NCBI GenBank assembly: GCA_963797925.1
Contig: CAWCQZ010000002.1
Coordinates: 471,862-535,861 of the forward strand
Origin: Ilumatobacteraceae bacterium
GTDB lineage: Bacteria; Actinomycetota; Acidimicrobiia; Acidimicrobiales; Ilumatobacteraceae
Direction of reading: 5' to 3'
DNA length: 64,000 nt
The position numbers were made by a program, and so were the translations under genes. Positions 41,229 through 52,083 of this stretch are shown here, in pieces. Under the pieces are notes generated by a model, which worked only from the letters and a program-made list of their open reading frames with translations, made no database searches and was not told where the DNA came from. The stretch's first letter is position 1. The number at the start of each line of letters is the position of its first letter.

Positions 41229-42412
41229 GTCGCGCCGACCAGATCGCAACGTCCGGCCCCGGTCGCCTCTATCGAGGTCAGACCGCCATCGATTTCTACG
41301 GCCATCGCAAGATCGGTCTCGTGATCGCGATCGCCACGTTCGTCATCACCGTCGGCTCGCTGTTCGCACAGGGGCTCAACCTCGGTCTCGACTTCGAAGG
41401 TGGCCAAGCGTGGGACGTCCCCGCAGGCGAGAACTTCGACGTCGATGCAGCAGAGCAGGTGTTGTCGGACAACGGTGTCGATCCGTCCAGCGCTCAGATC
41501 CAGGTGCGCGAGTCCGAGAGCCGTTCGGTCATCGCGATCCAGACCGAAGTCGTCGACGAAGCCACTGCACAGTCGATCACCGATGGATTCGCTGCCGCAT
41601 CCAGTGCCCAGTCCGATGATCTGAACTTCGAGTTCACGAGCTCGTCGTGGGGCGCGGACATCACCCGTTCCGCGGTCCGTGCGCTCGTGATCTTCCTGAT
41701 CATCGTCGCGATCTTCATCTCGATCCGTTTCGAGTGGCGTATGGCGGTGGCTGCCCTGACGGCAATGGCCAACGACGTCCTGTTCGCCGTCGGCGTGTAC
41801 ACCGTGTTCCAGTTCGAGGTCACACCGGCGACGGTGATCGCGTTCCTGACGATCCTCGGCTATTCGCTGTACGACACGATCGTCGTCTTCGACCGGGTGC
41901 AGGAGAACGAAGGCAAGTACGCAGGTGTACGGATGCCGTATCCCGACGTGGTGAACATCTCGATGAACCAGGTGCTGATGCGGTCGATCAACACCAGCAT
42001 CTCGTCGCTGTTGCCGGTCGCGTCGCTGCTGCTGATCGGCTCCGGAGTGCTCGGAGCGGTTGCGCTTCGTGAGTTCGCGCTGGCGCTGCTCGTCGGCATG
42101 ATGACCGGTATCTACTCGTCGATCTTCATCGCCTCGCCGCTGCTCGCATCGCTGCGAGCCAACGTCGGTCGAACGTCGCGTCGGGATCGCCTCGTGGGTG
42201 AAGACCTCCGCGCTGCGGTCGTCGGAGCGGGCGTGAGCGGGCGTGTCCTGACCAATGAATCGACGGCGGATGCCGCGGTCGACGGTGAGGGTGCCGACAC
42301 CGACGACAGGGCGCCTGCCTCGAGGATCGTCGAACCGGACGCCGTGCACCAGCCGGCGGAACGGATCTTGAGTCATCCGCCGAGGCCGCGCAAGAAGAAG
42401 AAGCGCTCGTAG
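41225..42412 (+). CDS. secF: Protein translocase subunit SecF
   Basis: NLGLDFEGG, IRFEWR, LTILGYSLYDTIVVFDR, RSINTS, GIYSSIFIA. Confidence 0.95.
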   Translation: MSRADQIATSGPGRLYRGQTAIDFYGHRKIGLVIAIATFVITVGSLFAQGLNLGLDFEGGQAWDVPAGENFDVDAAEQVLSDNGVDPSSAQIQVRESESRSVIAIQTEVVDEATAQSITDGFAAASSAQSDDLNFEFTSSSWGADITRSAVRALVIFLIIVAIFISIRFEWRMAVAALTAMANDVLFAVGVYTVFQFEVTPATVIAFLTILGYSLYDTIVVFDRVQENEGKYAGVRMPYPDVVNISMNQVLMRSINTSISSLLPVASLLLIGSGVLGAVALREFALALLVGMMTGIYSSIFIASPLLASLRANVGRTSRRDRLVGEDLRAAVVGAGVSGRVLTNESTADAAVDGEGADTDDRAPASRIVEPDAVHQPAERILSHPPRPRKKKKRS

Positions 42413-42434
42413 AGCGGCGCGGTATCCTCCACAC

Positions 42435-42959
42435 ATGGAACACCGCTCGCTGCGCGAACATGTCCGGGACGTCGCCGACTTCCCGACCGAGGGCGTGGTC
42501 TTCCGAGACATCACGCCGCTGCTCGGTGATGCCGCCGCGTTCGCCGAAGCGGTGGACGGTCTCGTCGAGCAGTTCTCGGGTGTCGACGTCGACCGAGTCG
42601 TGGGCGTCGAGTCTCGGGGCTTCATCTTCGGCGCGGCGGTTGCATACCGCATCGGCGCCGGCTTCGTCCCGGTCCGCAAGCCCGGCAAGCTCCCCTGGGC
42701 GGTCGTGCGCGAGGAGTATCAACTCGAGTACGGATCGGACAAGCTCGAGATCCACCGCGACGCCATTCACCCGGGCGAGCGGATCCTGATCGTCGACGAC
42801 GTGCTGGCCACCGGAGGAACGGCGTCCGCCACGGCGACGCTGGTCGAGACGCTCGGGGGAGTGATCGCCGGTCTCGGGTTCCTCCTCGAGATCGAACCGC
42901 TCGCCGGCCGGGCACAGCTCGGTGATCGTCCCGTTCGTTCCCTGCTCCAGTTCTCCTGA
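42435..42959 (+). CDS. apt: Adenine phosphoribosyltransferase
   Basis: DFPTEGVVFRDIT, ESRGFI, RKPGKLP, IVDDVLATGGT. Confidence 0.95.
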   Translation: MEHRSLREHVRDVADFPTEGVVFRDITPLLGDAAAFAEAVDGLVEQFSGVDVDRVVGVESRGFIFGAAVAYRIGAGFVPVRKPGKLPWAVVREEYQLEYGSDKLEIHRDAIHPGERILIVDDVLATGGTASATATLVETLGGVIAGLGFLLEIEPLAGRAQLGDRPVRSLLQFS

Positions 42960-42961
42960 CC

Positions 42962-45220
42962 ATGGCCACCGTCGACCGAGTCCTCCCGTGGCGCCGGTTC
43001 CAGTCGGCGTCGCCCGGCGGCCCTGCCGCGACCGGAGAGCTGGCCCCGCTGTTGCAGACATACCGGAGGCGGCACCCCAAAGCGTCGATCAGCGACATCA
43101 ACCGGGCGTACCGCGTTGCATCGGAGGCGCACCGTTCGCAGATGCGCAAGAGCGGCGAGAGCTACATCAATCATCCGCTGGCGGTCGCACAGATCGTCGC
43201 CGAGATCGGGCTCGACGAGATCTCCGTCGCTGCCGCTCTCCTGCACGATGCGGTCGAGGACACCGAGATCACGTTGGCCGACGTCGAACGGGACTTCGGA
43301 GCGCAGGTCGCTGCGATCGTCGACGGCGTCACCAAGCTCGAGCGGATCCGGTTCGACAGTCGCGAGGAGCAGCAGGCCGCGACGATGCGCAAGATGCTCG
43401 TCGCCATGGCGAAGGACCTGCGTGTCCTGGTCATCAAGCTCGCCGATCGTCTGCACAACATGCGAACGATCGCAGCGATGCCGTTGGAGAAGCAGCAGCG
43501 GATCGCGCAGGAGACGCTGGACATCTACGCACCGCTCGCACACCGCCTCGGCATGCAGGAGCTCAAGCAGGAACTCGAGGACCTCTCGTTCTCGTCGCTG
43601 CATCCGAAACGGTTCGCCGAACTCGACCACCTCGTGCGTGTCCGCACGCCCGAACGCGACGTGTACCTCGCCAAGACCGTTGCCGAAGTGCGGGGACGCC
43701 TCAGCGAACTGAAGATCGACGCCGAGGTCACCGGGCGCGGCAAACACCTCTGGAGCATCTACGAGAAGATGGTCGTCAAGGGGTTGGAGTTCGACGACAT
43801 CTTCGACCTCGTCGCGGTGCGGGTCGTCGTGCCGACGATGAAGGACTGCTACGCCGCGCTCGGCTGCATCCACGGTCGGTGGCGCCCTGTGGTCGGGCGG
43901 TTCAAGGACTACATCGCGATGCCCAAGTTCAATCTTTATCAGAGCTTGCACACCACCGTCGTGGGGCCGTCGGGCAAGCCGATCGAAGTGCAGATCCGCA
44001 CGACCGAGATGCACCAGCGCGCAGAGTGGGGCGTGGCGGCGCACTGGGCGTACAAGGACCGTTCGGGGTCGAAGGACACCGAGGCCGACTGGCTGACACG
44101 CATCATCGACTGGCAGGAGGAGATCTCCGATCCGGCCCAGTTCATGGAGAGCTTGAAGACGGACCTGGACCAGGACGAGGTCTACGTCTTCACGCCGAAG
44201 GGTCGGGTGATCAGCCTGCCGGTCGGCTCCACCGCTGTCGACTTCGCGTACGCCGTCCACACCGAGGTCGGCCACGCCTGCATCGGAGCGAAGGTCAACG
44301 GACGCCTGATCGGGCTCGATCACGTGATGCAGAGCGGCGACTCGTGCGAGATCTTCACCTCGAAGGTCGAGACCGCCGGCCCGTCGCAGGACTGGCTCGG
44401 GTTCGTTGCGTCGCCGCGTGCGCGCAACAAGATCCGTCAGTGGTTCAGCCGCGAGCGTCGAATCGACATGATCGAGGCGGGACGCGACGAACTCCACGAC
44501 GAGTTCCGACGAGAATCACTGCCGGCGCAGCAGGTGTGGAAGTCGGAACAACTCGACCACGTGGTGATCGAGATGAGCTACGTCGACCTCGACTCGTTGC
44601 TGGCAGCGATCGGCGAGCACCACGTGTCGGGTCGCAGCGTGGCGCAACGCGTCGCACGCGGCTACCGCTCCGGAGACGAAGAGGTGCAGCTTCCTGCCAC
44701 CGTCGTGCAACCGCGACGCGAACGCCGAGAGGGGCATCGTCAAGCCGTCGGCGTGCACGTCGAGGGCCTCGACGACATGCTCGTGCGGCTCGCGCAGTGC
44801 TGCACTCCGGTCCCGGGAGACGACATCACCGGGTTCGTCACCCGTGGTCGTGGTGTGAGTGTGCATCGCGCCGATTGCTCGAACGCCGTGTCGTTGATGG
44901 CCGAGCAGGCCACCCGGATGATCGAAGTGGACTGGGACGGTGAAGGCCAGTTCAACAACACCTTCACCGCCGGGATCGAAGTCGTCGCGCTCGATCGATC
45001 GAAGTTGCTCGCCGACGTGGCGATGGCGCTCGTCGACCAACGCGTCAACATCGTCTCGTGCGAGACCATCACCGGGGCGGACCGTGAAGCCAAGATGCGC
45101 TTCGAGTTCGAGCTGGCGAACGGTGCGCACCTCGATTCGGTGATCAACACGATCAAGGGCATCGACTCGGTGTACGACGCGTATCGCACCGTTCCCGGCG
45201 CTGCCGCCCCCGTTGCCTGA
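42962..45220 (+). CDS. relA: Bifunctional (p)ppGpp synthetase/hydrolase
   Basis: ALLHDAVED, KLADRLHN, YQSLHT, EVQIRT, TGS, CC zinc-finger and ACT domains. Confidence 0.96.
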   Translation: MATVDRVLPWRRFQSASPGGPAATGELAPLLQTYRRRHPKASISDINRAYRVASEAHRSQMRKSGESYINHPLAVAQIVAEIGLDEISVAAALLHDAVEDTEITLADVERDFGAQVAAIVDGVTKLERIRFDSREEQQAATMRKMLVAMAKDLRVLVIKLADRLHNMRTIAAMPLEKQQRIAQETLDIYAPLAHRLGMQELKQELEDLSFSSLHPKRFAELDHLVRVRTPERDVYLAKTVAEVRGRLSELKIDAEVTGRGKHLWSIYEKMVVKGLEFDDIFDLVAVRVVVPTMKDCYAALGCIHGRWRPVVGRFKDYIAMPKFNLYQSLHTTVVGPSGKPIEVQIRTTEMHQRAEWGVAAHWAYKDRSGSKDTEADWLTRIIDWQEEISDPAQFMESLKTDLDQDEVYVFTPKGRVISLPVGSTAVDFAYAVHTEVGHACIGAKVNGRLIGLDHVMQSGDSCEIFTSKVETAGPSQDWLGFVASPRARNKIRQWFSRERRIDMIEAGRDELHDEFRRESLPAQQVWKSEQLDHVVIEMSYVDLDSLLAAIGEHHVSGRSVAQRVARGYRSGDEEVQLPATVVQPRRERREGHRQAVGVHVEGLDDMLVRLAQCCTPVPGDDITGFVTRGRGVSVHRADCSNAVSLMAEQATRMIEVDWDGEGQFNNTFTAGIEVVALDRSKLLADVAMALVDQRVNIVSCETITGADREAKMRFEFELANGAHLDSVINTIKGIDSVYDAYRTVPGAAAPVA

Positions 45221-45222
45221 GT

Positions 45223-45246
45223 CGGGTTCGTACCAGCACGAACCCG
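45223..45246 (+). terminator. Stem-loop after relA
   Basis: CGGGTTCGT-ACCAGC-ACGAACCCG, perfect 9-bp stem; no U-tract. Confidence 0.5.
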
Positions 45247-45286
45247 GACGCGCTCCGTCGGGCTCGCGTCGCTAGCCTGACGAGCC

Positions 45287-46546
45287 GTGCCAGCGTTCCA
45301 GACCAGTCCCGGCATGCGGGACATCCTTCCTGCCGACACCGGTCGTTGGCGCCGGCTCAACGCGGTGTTCGCCGATGTCGTCGGTGCTGCCGGCTACGGC
45401 CAGATCATCACCCCGTTGATCGAGGACGTCGGCGTGTTCACCCGGATCGGTGAAGCCACCGACGTGGTGACCAAGGAGCTGTACGCCTTCGAGGACCGTG
45501 GCGGCCGCCACGTGTCGCTGCGCCCGGAGCTGACCGCGAGCGTGTGTCGGGCCTTCGCTCAGCACCGCCCCGCTGCGCTGCCGTGGAAGGTCTGGTACTC
45601 CGGGCCGAACTTCCGCCAGGAGAAGGCGCAGCGCGGTCGCTATCGACAGTTCGATCAGGTCGGCGTCGAAGTGCTCGGTGTCGACGACGCTCACCTCGAC
45701 GTCGAAGTCATCGCACTGGCAGCGGAGTTCTACAGGCGGCTGGGTCTCACGCAGGTGAACCTGGTCGTCAACAGCCTCGGTGAGCCCGAGGATCGTGCCG
45801 CCTACGTGGCGGCGTTGGAGACCTATTTCGCCGATGCCGACCTCACCGAGCAGAGTCGGTCGACCTTGGCCAAGAATCCGCTGCGCGTGCTCGACTCGAA
45901 ACGCACCGAGGATGCCGAAGCAATCGCCGGCGCACCGAAGATCAGCGACTTCTACTCGACCGAGGCAGCGGCCCACTTCGACATGGTCCAGGCCGGGCTC
46001 GTACGCCTCGGCATCGACTTCGTCGTGGAACCCAAGCTGGTGCGCGGCCTCGACTACTACCGTCGCACCATCTTCGAGTTCCAGGGCGGCACGCTGGACT
46101 CGGCACAGAACGCGCTCGGCGGCGGCGGTCGATACGACGGCCTCGTCGAAGCCCTCGGTGGCCCGGCCACTCCGGGTATCGGGTTCGCGCTCGGTGTCGA
46201 CCGCACGTTGCTGGCCTGTGAGGACGAAGGCGTGTTCGCCGACGAGTCGGCGCCGCTCGACGCATTCGTGGTCGACGTGGTCGGAGGCCAGGAAGCAGCG
46301 GCGGTCACCGCCGAACTGCGCAACGCCGGGCTCAGTGCCGATCGCGGCTACGACAACCGGTCGATGAAGGCGCAGATGAAGCTCGCCAACCGATCCGACG
46401 CACGTTTCGCCGTGATCATCGGCGAGGACGAACTCGCTGCCGATTCGGTTGTCGTGCGGCCCATGGCCCGCGATGCCGGCGACCAACAGACCATCTCTCG
46501 ATCCGATCTGATCTCCCACCTGAAGGAAACACTCGACCTCTCATGA
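45287..46546 (+). CDS. hisS: Histidyl-tRNA synthetase
   Basis: [30 protein letters not shown]. Confidence 0.96.
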   Translation: MPAFQTSPGMRDILPADTGRWRRLNAVFADVVGAAGYGQIITPLIEDVGVFTRIGEATDVVTKELYAFEDRGGRHVSLRPELTASVCRAFAQHRPAALPWKVWYSGPNFRQEKAQRGRYRQFDQVGVEVLGVDDAHLDVEVIALAAEFYRRLGLTQVNLVVNSLGEPEDRAAYVAALETYFADADLTEQSRSTLAKNPLRVLDSKRTEDAEAIAGAPKISDFYSTEAAAHFDMVQAGLVRLGIDFVVEPKLVRGLDYYRRTIFEFQGGTLDSAQNALGGGGRYDGLVEALGGPATPGIGFALGVDRTLLACEDEGVFADESAPLDAFVVDVVGGQEAAAVTAELRNAGLSADRGYDNRSMKAQMKLANRSDARFAVIIGEDELAADSVVVRPMARDAGDQQTISRSDLISHLKETLDLS

Positions 46547-48286
46547 GCTCCACCTCGATGCGCACCCATCTCTGCGGCGATCTCCGCCCGGAACACATCG
46601 GACAGACCGTGAGCGTGTGCGGCTGGGTCGGCCGGCGACGCGAGCACGGCGAACACCTCGCCTTCGTGGACCTGCGCGATCATTCGGGCATCGTCCAGTG
46701 CGTCATCAACGACGACGTCGACGTGCGCAGCGAGTACGTGTTGCGGATCACCGGCACCGTTCGGGTCCGGCCCGACGGAACGATCAACGACAAGCTGCCG
46801 ACGGGTGGCGTCGAGATCGGCGACTGTGAGGTCGAGATCCTCCGAGTCGCCACGCCGCCGCCGTTCCCGATCGACGAGCGCGCGGATGACGTCGACGAGA
46901 ACATCCGCCTCCAGTACCGCTACCTCGACCTGCGTCGAACCCGGATGCAGAAGAACCTGCGCATCCGCTCGGCGATCAACGCTGCGGTCCGCAATTCGAT
47001 GGACGCACAGGGCTTCGTCGAAGTCGAGACACCGATGCTCGTGCCGTCCACGCCCGAAGGTGCACGCGAGTTCCTCGTGCCGTCGCGCAAGGAGCCTGGT
47101 TCGTTCTACGCACTGCCGCAATCTCCTCAGCTGTTCAAGCAATTGCTGATGGTCGGCGGCGTCGATCGCTACTACCAGATCGCCCGCTGCCTGCGCGACG
47201 AGGACCTGCCGCGCCGATCGGCAGTACGAGTTCATGCAACTCGACATGGAGATGAGCTTCGTCAACCAGGACGACGTGCTCGATGCCGTGTCCGAGTCGG
47301 TGCTCGCCGCGGCCGAGGCAGCGACTGGGGAGCGGCCGGCCCCGATCGAGCGCATCACGTGGCATGAAGCGATGAACCGCTTCGGCAGTGACAAGCCGGA
47401 CCTGCGTTTCGGCATGGAACTGCAGGAGCTGACTCCGGTGTTCGCGAGCACCGAGTTCAAGGCGTTCGCCGGCGCTGAAGCGATCAAGGGCATCAAGGTC
47501 GACGGTGGAGCGGCGGACTATGGCCGCAACCAGCTCGACAAGCTCACCGACAAGGCCAAGAGTGCCGGGGCCAAGGGCCTCGTGTGGATGAAGGCGACCG
47601 ACGAAGGCTTCGACAGCCCGGTGGCGAAGTTCCTGAGCGACGACGAAGTGGTCGCACTGAAGTCGACGATGGACGCGCAGACCGGTGACCTCGTGCTGAT
47701 CGTCGCCGACGACTGGGCGCCGACGTGCGAGGTGCTCGGCACGCTCCGCAACGAGATCGGCCGCCCACCGGTGCACCAGGGTCCGTACCGCTACGTGTGG
47801 GTCGTCGAATTCCCGCTGTTCGTCGGTCGTGACAAGGAGACGGGCAACCCGAAGTCCGGTCACCACCCGTTCACGATGCCCCACCCCGACGACATCGACA
47901 AGTTCGAGTCCGACCCGATGTCGGTGCGGTCGATCGCATACGACCTCGTGCTCAACGGCTGGGAGCTCGGCTCGGGCTCGATCCGAATCCACGAGCCGGA
48001 GTTGCAGCGCAAGGTGTTCAAGGGGCTGGGCATCAGTGACGAAGAGGCCGAGCGCAAGTTCGGGTTCTTCCTCAACCCGTTCGAGTACGGCGCACCGCCG
48101 CACGGCGGGTTCGCCTTCGGACTCGACCGCCTGGTCGCGATCCTCGCCGGCGAGGACAACATTCGCGAAGTCATCGCGTATCCGAAGACCCAGTCGGGTC
48201 AGGACCCGATGACGAACAGCCCGATTCCGGGCGACCCGAAGGCCATGGAGGAACTCGGTCTGAAGATCCTCCCCAAGGTCGACTGA
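46543..48286 (+). CDS. aspS: Aspartyl-tRNA synthetase (frameshift near 47210)
   Basis: [50 protein letters not shown]. Confidence 0.95.
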
Positions 48287-48305
48287 ACATCACCGCTGAC
48301 GCGAA

Positions 48306-48334
48306 CGTGCCGGCTCTCGACGAGAGCCGGCACG
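48306..48334. terminator. Perfect hairpin between convergent genes
   Basis: CGTGCCGGCTCTC-GAC-GAGAGCCGGCACG, 13-bp stem. Confidence 0.75.
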
Positions 48335-48353
48335 CCGCACGCGGAATTTCGAC

Positions 48354-48572
48354 CTACTCGTCGACGCCGTCGTCGACTTCTTCGACACCGTCATCGATCT
48401 CTTCGACGCCGTCGTCGACTTCTTCGACACCGTCATCGATGCCGTCATCGATCTCTTCGGTCGGGTCGTCGCCCGGATCTTCGGTGTCGTCGCTCGAGCA
48501 GGCTGCAGCGCCGACGGCGAAGACGCCGACAGCGGAGGCTGCGAGAAGCTTGCGGGTCATTGTGTTTCTCAT
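48354..48572 (-). CDS. Small acidic lipoprotein with heptad repeats
   Basis: Signal peptide MTRKLLAASAVGVFAVGAAA-C, then EE(I/V)DDG(V/I) repeats encoded by 21-bp DNA repeats. Start 48572 or 48560. Confidence 0.7.
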   Translation of the reverse strand: MRNTMTRKLLAASAVGVFAVGAAACSSDDTEDPGDDPTEEIDDGIDDGVEEVDDGVEEIDDGVEEVDDGVDE

Positions 48573-48668
48573 AAGTGCGAAGCTTTCCAGTCCGTCACAC
48601 AAATGAAACATCACATACGCACAATGTCACTGGTGATGTCAAGATGTTGACGTCGTCCTCGCACGAGC

Positions 48669-50382
48669 TCAGCGGGGGCCCCGGATGAGTCGACCGGGAA
48701 GTTCGCCGGTGAACTCGTCGTGGTCGACGGTCTGGATGCCGTCGACGAACGTGGCCACGTAGCCGTCGGCCTTCTGAACCAGGCGCCGGGCGCCGGCAGG
48801 CAGGTCGTAGGCCATGCGAGGCGGGCCGAAGGTGAGCCGGTCGTAGTCGATGAGGTTCAGGTCGGCACGCATGCCGGGTGCGATCAGTCCCCGGTCGTTC
48901 AGTCCGTAGAGCTCGGCGGTCTGGCGGGTCTGGCGGTGCACGATGTGTTCCAACGGCAACGTCGGACCACGACGGCGGTCCCGCGTCCAGTGGGTGAGCA
49001 TGAAGGTCGGCGTGCCTCCATCGCAGATCACACGGCAGTGGGCTCCGGCGTCCGCGAGGCCCATCCGGGTCGACGGATGCTGATGTGCTTCGTACTGGAA
49101 CGACAGATCGCCGTACGCATAATTGAAGAACGGCGTCAGGATCATCCCATGCCCGCCGTGTGCGCAGAGTTGGTCGAGGATCAGATCGATCGGGTGCGCT
49201 CCGGTACGACGAGCGATCGCACCGATCGAGTCGTCGACGTGCGGCTCGTAGTCGATGTCGCCGTCGGCGACCGCCCACCACGAGTCGAGCTTGTCGAGCA
49301 CGACCCGGCGGAACAGATCCTGCTCCGGCTCGACTCGCAGCGCAGCACGCAATGACGGGTCCCGCAGCGCTGCGACGTGCTCGGCGAGCGGACGTGTCGA
49401 GACGGGGGCGTAGGCCGGATGGAAGTCGAGTGGGTTGAACGACCCTTCGAGGCACATGAGCAGTCCGACACTTCGCCCCGCGACCTGGGCGACGATCGAC
49501 AGTCCTTCGTCGCGTGACCGATCGAGCTGTGCAAGCACGTCGCGCCACAGCTCGGGGTCGCTGTCGGGTTGGTTGAGGTTGACGCTGACGGTTCGGCCGG
49601 TGCGGCGCGCGATCTCACGCATCCAGGGCATCTCGCTGACGGGTACCTCCAAGTGGTCCGGAGCGAACTGGAACACACCGTGGCCGACGCGGCCGAGTGC
49701 ATCGGCGATGCCGACGAGTTCGTCGGCGGTCGCGTGCGTTCCCGGTACCAGCTCGCCCGACAGCGACTTGTGGAGGGGAGTGCGCGAGGTGGAGAATCCG
49801 AGCGCTCCTGCACGCAGGGCTGACTCGACGATCGCTGACATCGCAGCGATGTCATCGGATGTCGCTGCTTCGTTGGCGGCTCCCCGGTCGCCCATCACGC
49901 AACCGCGGACGGGTCCGTGAGCGATCTGAGCGCCGATGTCGACGGCGTAGTCGCGTGCGTCGAGTGCGTCGAGGAACTCTTCGAAACTCTCCCACTCCCA
50001 GGTGATCCCCTCCGTCATCGCCGATCCGGGGATGTCCTCGACGCCCTCCATCAGCTCGATCAGCCACTCGTGACGGTCAGGGGAGGCCGGAGCGAAGCCG
50101 ACGCCGCAGTTAGTTGCCCATCACCACGGAGGTGACGCCGTGCCACGACGACGGCGTGAGATACGGATCCCACGAAGCCTGAGCGTCGTAGTGCGTGTGG
50201 ACGTCGACCCAACCAGGGGTGAGCAGCAGTCCGTCGGCGTCGATGACTCGCGTCGCCGACGGCCCGTCCCCGGCCTCGTCCACCGATTCGATCACGCCGT
50301 CGGACAGCGACACGTCGGCCGTCCGGGAGGGAGCACCGGAGCCATCCACCAGCTGTGCGTTTCGGATCACCAAGTCAGCCAT
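48669..50382 (-). CDS. N-acyl-D-amino-acid deacylase family amidohydrolase (frameshift near 50110)
   Basis: LVIRNAQLVDGSG, PGWVDVHTHYD, GVTSVVMGNCG, ADAGAH, RGLIAPGMRADLN. Confidence 0.88.
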
Positions 50383-50523
50383 GGGCCGACGTTAGTTCTG
50401 CTCGGTTCTGTGGGTCGCGTCGTCGAGGATCACCAGGTCGGACCGCTCGAGGAAGGCTCGGGTGATTGCGATGCTGATTCGGTCCTTGGCGTCGTTCGGT
50501 GATCCCGAGTATGTTGCTCCCGA

Positions 50524-50560
50524 CCGTGAAGTGAGTTCTGTGAGGCTCACACGGAAAGGA
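50524..50560 (+). promoter_or_regulatory. PyrR-binding RNA stem-loop adjacent to the pyrR SD
   Basis: AGTTCTGTGAGGCT (50534-50547) resembles the ARUCCNGNGAGGYU consensus, inside the stem CCGT-GAA-GTGAG...CTCAC-ACGG, directly before AAGGA; TATGTT -10 at 50510. Confidence 0.8.
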
Positions 50561-50564
50561 AGAC

Positions 50565-51068
50565 ATGGACACCAAGCAGGTGCTGTCGGCAGACGACGTG
50601 CGCCGGGCCACCACACGAATGGCCCACGAGATCATCGAACGCAACCAGGGACTCGACGGGGTGACCCTGATCGGCATCCAGACCGGCGGTGTCTGGCTCG
50701 CCGACGCTCTCGGCGACGAGATCGCCCGGATCGAATCCGAGATTCCAGTCGGCTCCGTCGACGCGTCGCTCTACCGCGACGACATCGGTCTGCGTCCGGT
50801 GAGTCCTGCCTCGGTCAGCGACATCTCCTTCGATGTGGACGGCGCCACCATCGTGCTCGTCGACGACGTGCTGTTCACCGGCCGCACGGTGCGAGCAGCG
50901 CTCGATGCGCTCGGGGATTACGGGAGACCGCGAGCGGTGCAACTCGCCGTGATGATCGATCGCGGTCACCGCGAACTGCCGATCCGACCGGACTTCGTCG
51001 GCAAGAACCTCCCCACCAGTGGCGACGAGAACGTTTCCGTCACCGTCGACGGCGTGGTGATCAGCTGA
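50565..51068 (+). CDS. pyrR: Pyrimidine operon regulator / UPRTase
   Basis: [43 protein letters not shown]. Confidence 0.96.
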   Translation: MDTKQVLSADDVRRATTRMAHEIIERNQGLDGVTLIGIQTGGVWLADALGDEIARIESEIPVGSVDASLYRDDIGLRPVSPASVSDISFDVDGATIVLVDDVLFTGRTVRAALDALGDYGRPRAVQLAVMIDRGHRELPIRPDFVGKNLPTSGDENVSVTVDGVVIS

Positions 51069-51136
51069 TGAGTGACGCACTGCGCTGCCCCGACGCCGCA
51101 CCGTTGTCGCCGTTGTCGCAGGGGGAGGAGACGTGA
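51068..51136 (+). other. Bridging mini-ORF ([22 protein letters not shown]) between pyrR and pyrB
   Basis: TGATG overlap with the pyrR stop and GTGA overlap with the pyrB start; internal GGAGGAG SD. Confidence 0.55.
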
Positions 51137-52083
51137 CCAGTTCGCTGTTGTCCATCGACGAACTCGGAGCCGACGGGGTCCGGCGGATCCTGGATCTCGC
51201 CGACACGATGGCGGAAGTCAACCGGCGCCCGAACCCCAAGGTGCCGGCGTTGCGTGGCAAGACGGTGTGCAGCGTGTTCTTCGAGGACTCCACTCGCACC
51301 CGACTCAGCTTCGAGACCGCCGCCAAGCGACTCTCGGCGGACACGATGACGTTCGCCGTCTCGCAGTCGAGTCTCAGCAAGGGTGAGAGCCTGAGGGACA
51401 CGATCGAGACCATCGCTGCGATGGGCGTCGACGCGTTCGTCATCCGTCATGGGTCCACCGGTGCGCCGTGGCTCGTCGAGGGTTGGACGAACGCCGCCGT
51501 CGTCAACGCCGGCGACGGTTGGCACGCCCACCCGACCCAAGCGCTGCTGGACATGTACACGGTTCGAACAAGCCTCAACCGTCCCGACGGGTTCGACGGC
51601 CTGCGAGTTGCTGTCGTCGGCGACATCAAGCACAGCCGTGTCGCTCGCTCGACCACCGCAGCGTTCAAAGCGCTGGGTGCGGACGTCACGTGGGTGGCGC
51701 CGACCACCCTGCTGCCGCCGGTGGTGCACGAGCACGTCACCGATCGCCTCGACGACGTGATCGAAGACGTCGATGTGCTGTACCTGCTGCGTATGCAGAA
51801 CGAGCGGATGACCGAGGCGTTGGTGCCGAACCTGCGCGAGTACACGACGCGGTTCGGCCTCACGCCTGAGCGTGCCAAACGGCTGTCGCCGCAGACATTG
51901 GTGATGCACCCCGGCCCGGTCAACCGGGGTGTCGAACTCGCGGTCGATCCGAGCGAGCTGCCCGGTGCCGTCATCAATCAGCAGGTCACGAACGGCATCT
52001 CGGTCCGTATGGCCGTGCTGTTCGACTGTCTGTCCGCCAACCCCGACCCCACGTCCGACCTCGAACGTCCGGAGCTCCCATGA
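51133..52083 (+). CDS. pyrB: Aspartate carbamoyltransferase
   Basis: FFEDSTRTRLSF, NAGDG, HPTQALLD, HSRVARS, MHPGPVNRGVE. Confidence 0.96.
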   Translation: MTSSLLSIDELGADGVRRILDLADTMAEVNRRPNPKVPALRGKTVCSVFFEDSTRTRLSFETAAKRLSADTMTFAVSQSSLSKGESLRDTIETIAAMGVDAFVIRHGSTGAPWLVEGWTNAAVVNAGDGWHAHPTQALLDMYTVRTSLNRPDGFDGLRVAVVGDIKHSRVARSTTAAFKALGADVTWVAPTTLLPPVVHEHVTDRLDDVIEDVDVLYLLRMQNERMTEALVPNLREYTTRFGLTPERAKRLSPQTLVMHPGPVNRGVELAVDPSELPGAVINQQVTNGISVRMAVLFDCLSANPDPTSDLERPELP

